Shown here piece by piece: positions 19,098 to 27,524 of a stretch of 64,000 bases of DNA; position 1 is the first letter of the stretch, and the number at the start of each line of letters is the position of its first letter. This DNA is from Lachnospiraceae bacterium (lineage in GTDB: Bacteria; Bacillota; Clostridia; Lachnospirales; Lachnospiraceae): positions 26,830 to 90,829 of the forward strand of contig SVDD01000007.1 of the NCBI GenBank assembly GCA_015057945.1, given 5' to 3'. The notes under the pieces were generated by a model. It saw only the letters and a list, made by a program, of their open reading frames with translations, did no database searches and was not told the DNA's origin. The translations under genes and the position numbers were made by a program.

Positions 19098-20271
19098 TCT
19101 GGCTCTTAAGAGCATATGGTCAAACAAGATGCGATCGTTCCTGACCATGCTTGGAATCATCATCGGCGTGGCTGCAGTCATCATACTTGTAGGTATAGTC
19201 AACGGCGAAATGTCCTACATGACCGAAAGCTTTGCATCCATGGGAACAAATCGTATCAATGTCAATGTTACAAACCTGAGCTCCCGTTCGGTATCAGTGG
19301 ACGAGATGTATTCATTTTATGCTGATAATGAAGAGTATTTCTCCAACCTTTCTCCAACAGTTTCGGTCAGCGCCACAGTAAAGGTAGGAAATGAAAATTC
19401 AGACCAGACATCGGTCACGGGAGTTTCAGAGGATTATCTCTCTATCATGGATTATGACCTTGAAAAGGGACGTTTTATCCAGTACGCGGACATCGCAGCG
19501 AGACAGAAGGTGGCGGTCATAGGTCTTTATGTAGCGGAGACCTATTATGTGTCTGCGGAGAAAGCCATCGGGCAGCGTATCAGTGTTAACGGAACAAAAT
19601 ATCAGATCGTGGGGGTCGTTGAACGTCAGACCTCCGCAAGCGAGGAGATGAGCGAGGGAGGAAGCGATGACTTCCTGTATATACCTTATACAGCAGCCGT
19701 AAAGCTCTCACGTAACGGAACCATAAACAGTTATATCTTCACACTGCGGGACAGCTATGTGGAGAAGGCCTCAACAGTAACAGAGGTCATCGAGGATTTC
19801 CTCTACACCATCTTCAAAAACGAGGATCTGTACAGAGTAACAGCCATGAGTGAACTTCTTGACTCCATGAATGACATGATAGCCCAGATGTCACTTATGC
19901 TCGGTGGTATAGCCGGTATCTCACTGCTTGTTGCCGGTGTCGGCGTCATGAACATCATGCTGGTATCCGTAACCGAACGAACCAGAGAGATTGGAATCAG
20001 AAAGGCTCTCGGTGCAAAAAAATCCACCATACTTATGCAGTTCGTTATCGAAGCAGCCGTGACCAGTTCCATGGGCGGTATCATCGGTATCGTCATCGGC
20101 TGCATCGGAACCACCATGGCAGGAAAGATCATGAGTATCGATGCACAGCCCTCCTTCGGCTGGATTATCGCATCCTTCACCATCTCCATGAGCATCGGTC
20201 TTATCTTCGGATATATGCCTGCAAGAAGTGCCGCAACACTGAATCCTATCGATGCGCTTCGCTCGGATTGA
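19081..20271 (+). CDS. MacB/FtsX-like ABC permease
   Basis: NKMRSFLTMLGIIIGV, ISLLVAGVGVMNIMLVSVTERTREIGIRKALGA, A.LNPIDALRSD. Confidence 0.95.
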   Translation: MLNSFNLALKSIWSNKMRSFLTMLGIIIGVAAVIILVGIVNGEMSYMTESFASMGTNRINVNVTNLSSRSVSVDEMYSFYADNEEYFSNLSPTVSVSATVKVGNENSDQTSVTGVSEDYLSIMDYDLEKGRFIQYADIAARQKVAVIGLYVAETYYVSAEKAIGQRISVNGTKYQIVGVVERQTSASEEMSEGGSDDFLYIPYTAAVKLSRNGTINSYIFTLRDSYVEKASTVTEVIEDFLYTIFKNEDLYRVTAMSELLDSMNDMIAQMSLMLGGIAGISLLVAGVGVMNIMLVSVTERTREIGIRKALGAKKSTILMQFVIEAAVTSSMGGIIGIVIGCIGTTMAGKIMSIDAQPSFGWIIASFTISMSIGLIFGYMPARSAATLNPIDALRSD

Positions 20272-20317
20272 TGTAAATCATTTACCAATCATTTAAAATG
20301 AACAGTGGCATACAGGA

Positions 20318-20360
20318 CAGAATTCGGTGACCGGTGCGGTGACCGAATTCTTCTTGCTTT
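20318..20360 (+). terminator. Terminator of the SLH-exporter operon
   Basis: AGAATTCGGT...ACCGAATTCT stem followed by TCTTGCTTTT. Confidence 0.6.
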
Positions 20361-20392
20361 TCGGAACTATTACCTGCAAATGATTTTTCTGT

Positions 20393-20512
20393 TTGCAAAA
20401 TAGCTTCTGCAGTGTTATCATTCACTATGTTTTTTTAGGAAGTAAATTATAAGAGGTGACAAAGGCGTCACAGGGACACTCGGGGTGTCTCTGGCCTTGT
20501 CACCTCTTTTTT
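20393..20512 (+). promoter_or_regulatory. pyrG promoter with a T7 tract at the predicted start site and a leader terminator
   Basis: TTGCAA (20393-98)-N17-TATCAT (20416-21) with extended TG; GTTTTTTT at 20429-36; hairpin AGAGGTGACAA...TTGTCACCTCT plus T6 at about 20452-20512. Confidence 0.65.
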
Positions 20513-20514
20513 AG

Positions 20515-20766
20515 TGCATAAGTCCCTGTCAGGCGGCTATGCAGACTGCAAGTTTACTTGCAAGGATGCATAGGCATCTGACAGGACAACAGAAATCGAG
20601 AAGCAGCGCATCGCGCGGATTCGAGATTTCTGCAGGATTGCGAGAGTGCGAAGCACGAAGCAATCCGTGGGACTTATGCACGTATGCATATTATAAGTCC
20701 CTGTCAGGCGACTATGCAGACTGCAAGTTTACTTGCAAGGATGCATATTATAAGTCCATATCAGGC
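20515..20766. repeat. Inverted-repeat element (TGCATAAGTCCC...GGGACTTATGCA, about 165 bp) followed by a re-duplication of its first ~55 bp
   Basis: TAAGTCCCTGTCAGGCG(G/A)CTATGCAGACTGCAAGTTTACTTGCAAGGATGCATA occurs at about 20519 and 20694. Confidence 0.7.
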
Positions 20767-20791
20767 TCAGCAACAGAAAGGGGAGTAGCAT

Positions 20792-22387
20792 ATGATCAAG
20801 TACGTATTTGTAACAGGTGGAGTGGTTTCCGGTCTCGGAAAGGGAATTACAGCCGCATCTCTGGGAAGACTTCTTAAAGCGAGAGGCTACAAGGTGACCA
20901 TGCAGAAGTTCGACCCGTATATTAACATCGACCCTGGCACCATGAATCCTATCCAGCATGGTGAGGTCTTTGTCACAGATGACGGAACTGAGACAGACCT
21001 GGATCTCGGACACTATGAGCGTTTCATTGACGAATCCCTTGACCATCGTTCCAATGTCACTTCCGGAAAGGTATACTGGTCCGTTCTTAACAAGGAACGC
21101 CACGGTGAGTACGAAGGTCACACTGTACAGGTCATCCCTCACATAACAAATGAAATAAAGTCTGATTTCTATCGTTCCGATGATCCTGAAGAGGACCGCA
21201 TAGCCATCATCGAGGTAGGCGGAACAGTAGGAGATATAGAGTCACAGCCTTTCCTTGAGGCCATCCGTCAGTTCCAACATGATATCGGTCATGAAAATGC
21301 CATCATGATCCATGTGACCCTCATTCCTTACCTTCACGCTTCGGAGGAGCTTAAAACCAAGCCCACACAGATGAGCGTAAGAGAGCTTCAGCGTCTCGGA
21401 CTTCAGACAGATATCCTTGTATGCCGCACAGAGCATCCTATCCCTCAGGACATCAAGGACAAGATCGCCATGTTCTGTAACCTGCCTGCAAACCACGTTC
21501 TTCAGAACACCAATGCCGAGTTCATTTACGAAGTACCTCTTCTTATGGAGCACGAGCATCTCGCACAGTCTGTGTGCGAATGTCTCCACCTTCCATGCCC
21601 CGAGCCGGATCTTTCGGGCTGGAAGTCCATGGTTGAAAATCTCCGCCATCCCGAAAAGGAAGTAGTCATTGCCCTTGTCGGAAAGTACACTCAGCTTCAT
21701 GATGCATACCTTAGTGTTGCAGAGTCTCTTAAGCACGGCGGTGTTGCAAATCATGCCAAAGTAAACATCCGCTGGGTGGACTCAGAGGAGGTAGAAAAGG
21801 TAGGTGCCGCAACACTCCTTCAGGGTGTAGACGGAATCCTGGTTCCCGGAGGGTTCGGTCAGAGAGGTATCGAAGGCATGATCATGGCTGCCCGGTATGC
21901 AAGAGAAAACAAGATACCTTACCTCGGCATCTGTCTCGGTATGCAGATCTCCATCATCGAATTTGCAAGAAATGTTCTCGGCTGGAAGGATGCAAATTCA
22001 ACCGAGTTCGATCCTAATACAACCCACCCTGTCATCGACCTTATGCCGGAGCAGAAGACTGTAACAGATCTCGGAGGAACCATGCGTCTCGGAGCTTATC
22101 CTTGTGATCTCCGTGAAGGAACAAAGGCACACGCTGTTTACGGAAAGACTTCCATTTCCGAGCGTCACAGACACAGATACGAGGTGAACAATGACTTCCG
22201 CAGGGAGCTTGAAGAGGCAGGTATGGAGCTTGTAGGACAGTCACCTGACGGTCACATCGTTGAGATAGTTGAGCTTAAGGACCATCCTTACTTCCTGGCA
22301 ACTCAGGCACACCCTGAATTCAAGTCAAGACCGAACGATGCACATCCTCTTTTCAAGGGACTCATAGAGGCAGCGCTTAAGAGATAA
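20792..22387 (+). CDS. pyrG: CTP synthase
   Basis: [50 protein letters not shown]. Confidence 0.99.
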   Translation: MIKYVFVTGGVVSGLGKGITAASLGRLLKARGYKVTMQKFDPYINIDPGTMNPIQHGEVFVTDDGTETDLDLGHYERFIDESLDHRSNVTSGKVYWSVLNKERHGEYEGHTVQVIPHITNEIKSDFYRSDDPEEDRIAIIEVGGTVGDIESQPFLEAIRQFQHDIGHENAIMIHVTLIPYLHASEELKTKPTQMSVRELQRLGLQTDILVCRTEHPIPQDIKDKIAMFCNLPANHVLQNTNAEFIYEVPLLMEHEHLAQSVCECLHLPCPEPDLSGWKSMVENLRHPEKEVVIALVGKYTQLHDAYLSVAESLKHGGVANHAKVNIRWVDSEEVEKVGAATLLQGVDGILVPGGFGQRGIEGMIMAARYARENKIPYLGICLGMQISIIEFARNVLGWKDANSTEFDPNTTHPVIDLMPEQKTVTDLGGTMRLGAYPCDLREGTKAHAVYGKTSISERHRHRYEVNNDFRRELEEAGMELVGQSPDGHIVEIVELKDHPYFLATQAHPEFKSRPNDAHPLFKGLIEAALKR

Positions 22388-22392
22388 TTCAA

Positions 22393-22574
22393 TGACGATA
22401 TAGTAAACCGTCGATATCGGAACGCTTCGCGCTATGCGCTCTCGCGTTCCTCCCACATTCCGCACTCTCAGGCCGATAAATCGTCCCTTCGTGCTCCATG
22501 TGGGGCGTGTCATGAAGTCTGTCTTCCACTTTAGTGCAAGCACAAGTGGAAGAAGACTTATGACACTTATATCA
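22393..22574 (+). mobile_element. Full-length (182 bp) TIR element with a degenerate left end
   Basis: Body nearly identical to 53106-53287; right end ACTTATGACACTTATATCA. Confidence 0.85.
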
Positions 22575-22722
22575 TATTAACACATGTTCATGTGATTATG
22601 CACGTGTTGACAGGTATGATATTCTATAATACGACTCATGAAATATTAAGAAGAGGCTCCTGAGGAACCTCTTCTTTTAATTTGCTTTTTGAATTACATT
22701 TATATTTAAGGAGGACTTATTC

Positions 22723-23826
22723 ATGGATATGATAACTGATGCACTCATGGATGCCATTATCGATACCGTAAAGCTGATTCCGTTCCTGCTTGTGACCTAT
22801 ATGGCCATGGAATATATGGAACATAAGACAGAAAAGAGCACAACTGCCATGCTGGAGAAAGCCGGCCGTTTCGGTCCGCTTATCGGAGGTGCGGCAGGAA
22901 TGCTCCCCCAGTGCGGATTCTCGGCTGCCGCATCAAGCCTTTTCGCCGGAGGCGTGATCTCGGTGGGAACACTTATCGCCGTATTTCTTTCAACATCAGA
23001 TGAGATGCTTCCTATATTCATTTCAGAGCAGGTTGCACCAAAGACCATTATCGCAATCATGGTCACAAAGATGGTTCTCGGCATCATAAGCGGTTTTGCA
23101 CTTGATATTTTCATGCACCACGGAAAACATACACCGGCACCTGAAAAGCACATTCACGATCTTTGTGAACACGATCACTGTGCCTGTGATGACGAGGATA
23201 TGGACGAAGAAGAGGATGATGACGAAGATCATCACGAAGAGGAATCACAGCATACACAGCACCATTCAGAGGAACATGATGAATCCCGGGAAAGCGGCCA
23301 CGAAGCACATAATGCAGTATCTGAAGTTGCTGAGCACCATGAACATCACGGTCATGAGCATTCACACGGGCATCATGATCACCATGGGCACGATCATCAC
23401 GGACAACATCACCATCATAAAAGCGGCATTGCCGGAATACTTCAGCCTGCATTCCATCATACCTTCCAGATCACCGTTTTCATTTTCCTCATCACATTTG
23501 TTATCACACTTCTTGTGGAGGGAATAGGGAAGGATGCTATCGGAACATTCCTTTCAGGAAAACCTGTCGTTGGTGTTTTCCTTTCGGGCATCATCGGACT
23601 TATACCTAACTGTGCAGCCTCTGTAAGCATTACCGAGCTTTATCTTATGGGCATCCTTGATGCAGGACAGATGATGGCTGGACTCATGGTCGGTGCCGGA
23701 GTCGGACTTCTCGTTCTTTTCCGTACAAACTATCACCCAAATGAGAATCTCCGTATCGGAGTGATACTTTATTCTATCGGTGTTTTCTGGGGCCTGGTAA
23801 TCCAGTTCCTCGGAGTAACATTCTAA
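22723..23826 (+). CDS. Putative manganese/divalent metal transporter with a long acidic and His-rich loop
   Basis: LPQCGFS and IPNCAASV duplicated Cys motifs, STSDEMLP, hydrophobic helices; central D/E- then H-rich stretch. Confidence 0.75.
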   Translation: MDMITDALMDAIIDTVKLIPFLLVTYMAMEYMEHKTEKSTTAMLEKAGRFGPLIGGAAGMLPQCGFSAAASSLFAGGVISVGTLIAVFLSTSDEMLPIFISEQVAPKTIIAIMVTKMVLGIISGFALDIFMHHGKHTPAPEKHIHDLCEHDHCACDDEDMDEEEDDDEDHHEEESQHTQHHSEEHDESRESGHEAHNAVSEVAEHHEHHGHEHSHGHHDHHGHDHHGQHHHHKSGIAGILQPAFHHTFQITVFIFLITFVITLLVEGIGKDAIGTFLSGKPVVGVFLSGIIGLIPNCAASVSITELYLMGILDAGQMMAGLMVGAGVGLLVLFRTNYHPNENLRIGVILYSIGVFWGLVIQFLGVTF

Positions 23827-24096
23827 AAAAATATTCCTACGAGACCCTTAAAAGTCTGTCAGCCGCTGCAGTTCCGACGAATCTGGCTGACAGACTTTTC
23901 CTTTTATGGCATTTAGTTAGAATTGTGCTTAAATTTTTTTGATTTTTGTTTACTTTTCACCTGATTCCGTCTAAGATTAGAATACAAAGATGTCTTAAGG
24001 ATGTGACAGCTATTGTTTCCATCCTGTCACTAAGCGTCAGTCTTTTGCGATGCAAAATATAAACAGGCTGAAGTTCTAAAGGGCAAGGGGTTAAAA

Positions 24097-25377
24097 ATGA
24101 GTGAGAGTGAAAATCGTATAGAGATCCGCATGCTGGGAGGCTTTTCCATCACCGTAAACGGTCAGTACATGGGTCTCGGTCAGAACAACAAAGCAAATTT
24201 TCTTAAACTGATTCAGATCATCCTTTTAAATCACAAAAAAGGAATCTCAAAGAGAGAGCTTATCGACGGTGTCTTCGGATATAAGGATCTTCTCGATGAA
24301 AACAACAGTTTGAACAATCTGCTTCATCAGGCAAGGACACAGCTTAAGAAAAGCGGAGTTCCCGGGAAGCGTTATATCGAAGGAAAGAAGGGCATATACT
24401 TCCCTGAAAAACCTGAGGGTTACGAATTAAGTCTTGATGTAAAGACTTATATGGATGACTGCCGTAAAGCAGGTGAGACAGAAGATCCGGCTGCGAAGGC
24501 TGCTCTGTATGAGCATGCATTTGAGCTTTACCGGGGCGAACTTCTTCCGGAGTTCTCCACAGACAACTGGGTCATCGTAGAATCCGTAAAACTCAAGCAT
24601 CTGTTCGATGAGCTTGTTATGTTCCTGGGTGAGTATTACAGAGAAAAGGGAGCGTACGAAAACCTCTATAAGCTCTATAACCGCGCAAGCCAGATCTATC
24701 CAGATGCAGGATGGCAGATCAATGTCATCGACGCTCTTATACTTCGTAAAGAGTACAAGGAGGCCTACGAGCTTTATAACAAGACCGCCCGCTATTACCT
24801 CGATGATCTGGAAGTACCCCTTCCTGACGATCTTATCAGATGCTATGAGCGTATCTATGACGATATCAAGGTAGTATCAGATGACATCGAAGAGATTCAG
24901 GCAGGTATCCTTGAAAGAGATGCCGCATTAAAGAACAGCAAGGGTGACAGCAGAAGCCTCGGTTCATACTATTGTGCATTCTCAAGCTTCATCGATGTAT
25001 ATAATGTACTCCGCAGAAACCTTGTACGTCGCGGAAATTCTATATTCATGATGCTTTGTACACTTGTTGACTACGAAGGAAAGCCCATACAGAATCAGGA
25101 AAAGCTTTCGACCCGTTCCGAAGCGTTGAAAAACGCTCTGTATGCAGAGCTTCGTCAGGGTGATGTATATACCAAGTACAGCTCAAGCCAGTATCTGCTC
25201 CTCCTTATCGGAACAAAGAAGGAAGACTGCGGTATCATCTACCACAGAATTTCAAAGAAGCTGAAGGAGCTTGCCGGTTCACGTGCAGAACTCAAGTATC
25301 GTATCGTATCTCTTGCAGAGATTCCTTCCATACTTGAAAACGGCGGAACTGCCCAGAGAGCTGCCGATCAAATTTAA
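24097..25377 (+). CDS. SARP-like regulator: winged helix + BTAD/TPR + degenerate GGDEF-like C-terminal domain
   Basis: IEIRMLGGFSI start, LYRGELLPE...WV BTAD motif, C-terminal LRQGDVYTKYSSSQYLLLL aligning with a GGDEF fold. Confidence 0.7.
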   Translation: MSESENRIEIRMLGGFSITVNGQYMGLGQNNKANFLKLIQIILLNHKKGISKRELIDGVFGYKDLLDENNSLNNLLHQARTQLKKSGVPGKRYIEGKKGIYFPEKPEGYELSLDVKTYMDDCRKAGETEDPAAKAALYEHAFELYRGELLPEFSTDNWVIVESVKLKHLFDELVMFLGEYYREKGAYENLYKLYNRASQIYPDAGWQINVIDALILRKEYKEAYELYNKTARYYLDDLEVPLPDDLIRCYERIYDDIKVVSDDIEEIQAGILERDAALKNSKGDSRSLGSYYCAFSSFIDVYNVLRRNLVRRGNSIFMMLCTLVDYEGKPIQNQEKLSTRSEALKNALYAELRQGDVYTKYSSSQYLLLLIGTKKEDCGIIYHRISKKLKELAGSRAELKYRIVSLAEIPSILENGGTAQRAADQI

Positions 25378-25425
25378 TATAAAAGACTATTAAGAGCTTG
25401 CAGTTTTATGCAGGCTCTTTTATCA

Positions 25426-25604
25426 TGGCATAAGTGTCATAAGTCCATCCGGCATCTATGCTGGCATAAGTGCCGGATGGACTTAATGACGCGCCCTAAC
25501 ATGGAGCACGGAATGACGCTTTAGCGGCATGGGAGTGCGGAATGTGGGAGGAGCGCGTTAGCACGAAGTGCGAAGCGATCCTATGTCAAAATCGACAAGT
25601 CACT
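25426..25604 (-). mobile_element. Divergent member of the 182-bp element family with compensatory stem changes (end approximate)
   Basis: Shares ATAAGTGTCATAAGTC, CATGGAGCACG and GAGTGCGGAATGTGGGAGGA with the other copies; stems differ in sequence but still pair. Confidence 0.75.
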
Positions 25605-25615
25605 AAAGGAGTCTT

Positions 25616-26995
25616 ATGAGTAACAAACGTGAAAGCTTCAAATCAAGAATAGGTTTTATCCTGGTAAGCGCAGGATGCGCCATAGGTATAGGAAACGTAT
25701 GGAAGTTCCCATACCTTGTAGGGCAGAACGGCGGCGGAATCTTCGTTCTTTTCTACCTCATCTTCCTGATCGTTATGGGTGTTCCTGTTCTCACCATGGA
25801 ACTGGCAGTGGGCCGTGCCTCAAGAAAGAGTGCGGTACTTGCATATAAAAAGCTGGAACCCGCCGGCAGTAAATGGCACTTGCACGGATGGTTCGCCGTA
25901 GCCGGTGCCTATCTTCTCATGATGTACTACACCACAGTCTCGGGGTGGATGATATCTTATTTTTTCAAATTTGCATCAGGTACATTTGACAGGGTCGCCA
26001 TGGACAGTGTGGATTCCGTATTTTTTGATATGCTCGGTAACCCCACAGAGATGATGATCTGCATGATGGCCACTGTTATAGTGGGCTTTCTCGTTTGCTC
26101 CTTCGGCATTCAGCGTGGACTTGAAAAGGTAACCACCACCATGATGAGCGCACTTCTGGTTCTCATCGTGATCCTCGCCGTAAGAAGTGTTTCTCTTCCG
26201 AATGCTCAGGCAGGTGTTGAGTTCTACCTTATTCCAAGCCTGGACAGAGTATATGAAGCAGGCAGCGGCAATCTCCTGAAGGGCTTTGGCTCTGTTATTT
26301 CCGCAGCCATGAACCAGGCCTTCTTTACACTGAGCCTGGGTGTTGCCTGCATGGAGATCTTCGGTTCCTACATGTCCGAGAATTTCTCACTGGTGGGAGA
26401 GTCGGTCAGAATATGTGCTCTTGATACATTTGTAGCTATCATCTCGGGTCTTATTATTTTCCCTGCATGCTTCAGCTTCAATGTTCAGCCTGATGCAGGT
26501 CCCAGCCTTATCTTCATGACCCTCCCCAAGGTATTTATGAGCATGCCGGGAGGAAGACTCTGGGGAACACTTTTCTTCATGTTCATGTCCTTTGCAAGCT
26601 TCAGTACAGTCATAACTGTTTTTGAGAACCTTCTTGCCACATCCATCGACAACTTCGGTCTCACAAGAAAAAAAGCTGTAATAGTGAACTGTATTTACAT
26701 CCTCATTGCAAGCATCCCTTGTGTCCTCGGATACAACATCTGGTCAGGTGTCCACCTCATCGGTGCAAGGGACATCCTGGACTCCGAGGATTTCATCGTT
26801 TCCAACATACTGCTTCCCCTCGGTTCTCTTATTTACCTTCTGTTCTGTGTGACCAAATGGGGCTGGGGCTTCGACAGTTATATGGCAGAGTGCAACAAGG
26901 GTGTCGGCATGAAGCTGAGCCGTATGGTGAAACCGTATTTTCAGTATGTACTTCCTGTACTTATCTTCATTATTTTCATACAGGGAGTGATTTAA
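25616..26995 (+). CDS. Sodium-dependent transporter, NSS/SNF family
   Basis: GCAIGIGNVWKFPY, GGGIFVLFY, QAFFTLSLG and GPSLIF motifs. Confidence 0.95.
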   Translation: MSNKRESFKSRIGFILVSAGCAIGIGNVWKFPYLVGQNGGGIFVLFYLIFLIVMGVPVLTMELAVGRASRKSAVLAYKKLEPAGSKWHLHGWFAVAGAYLLMMYYTTVSGWMISYFFKFASGTFDRVAMDSVDSVFFDMLGNPTEMMICMMATVIVGFLVCSFGIQRGLEKVTTTMMSALLVLIVILAVRSVSLPNAQAGVEFYLIPSLDRVYEAGSGNLLKGFGSVISAAMNQAFFTLSLGVACMEIFGSYMSENFSLVGESVRICALDTFVAIISGLIIFPACFSFNVQPDAGPSLIFMTLPKVFMSMPGGRLWGTLFFMFMSFASFSTVITVFENLLATSIDNFGLTRKKAVIVNCIYILIASIPCVLGYNIWSGVHLIGARDILDSEDFIVSNILLPLGSLIYLLFCVTKWGWGFDSYMAECNKGVGMKLSRMVKPYFQYVLPVLIFIIFIQGVI

Positions 26996-27038
26996 AGAGG
27001 CTTCCGGGCCCGGTTTCCGGATTTCAGGCTCAAAAAAG

Positions 27039-27125
27039 TCTTGATTTTACTATATTCCTATGTTATTGTAATTCAGTATTTATTGACTAGTTGAAAGGAG
27101 CAGGCGAAACGCCCGCTCCTTTTGC
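27039..27125 (+). promoter_or_regulatory. rimP-nusA promoter region and leader attenuator hairpin (rimP leader)
   Basis: GGAGCAGGC-GAAA-CGCCCGCTCC-TTTT terminator-like hairpin with a GNRA loop just upstream of rimP, the position where the rimP-leader terminator is known in Firmicutes. Confidence 0.65.
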
Positions 27126-27146
27126 TTAGGTTTAGAGGAAATTTTT

Positions 27147-27524
27147 ATGCAGGCAAATAACTATACCGAAAGGGTAAAAAAATATCTCGATGAGATATGT
27201 CCGCAGGACGGATATGAAACAGACAGTGTGACTTTCACACAGGAAAATAACGAATGGTACTTAAGAGCATTCATATTTCGCATAGATGGTGTCGATATGA
27301 CTGTAGACGACTGTGCAAAGGTTTCCCGAAAGCTGTCAAAATGGCTTGATAAGGAAGATTTCATTCCAGAGCAATATATGTTAGAGGTATGTTCACTCGG
27401 CTTTAAGGATCATCCTGGAAATGCCGATGTAGAACCTCAGGGTGCGGATGAAGAGACATTAACAGAAGAATCCGCAGAAGATGCAACAGAAGATATTATC
27501 ACCGGGAGGGATATGAACAAATGA
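27147..27524 (+). CDS. rimP: Ribosome maturation factor RimP, N-terminal domain only, with an acidic tail
   Basis: First gene of the nusA operon; WYLRAFI, TVDDCAKVSR.LS..LD and YMLEVCSLG (canonical YxLEVSSPG) motifs; only about 40 acidic residues follow. Confidence 0.8.
   Translation: MQANNYTERVKKYLDEICPQDGYETDSVTFTQENNEWYLRAFIFRIDGVDMTVDDCAKVSRKLSKWLDKEDFIPEQYMLEVCSLGFKDHPGNADVEPQGADEETLTEESAEDATEDIITGRDMNK

Noticed and set aside
23990-24096. Possible cyclic-dinucleotide riboswitch upstream of the SARP-like gene
   Set aside because: A hairpin is present, but the c-di-GMP-I/II and ydaO core motifs could not be matched.
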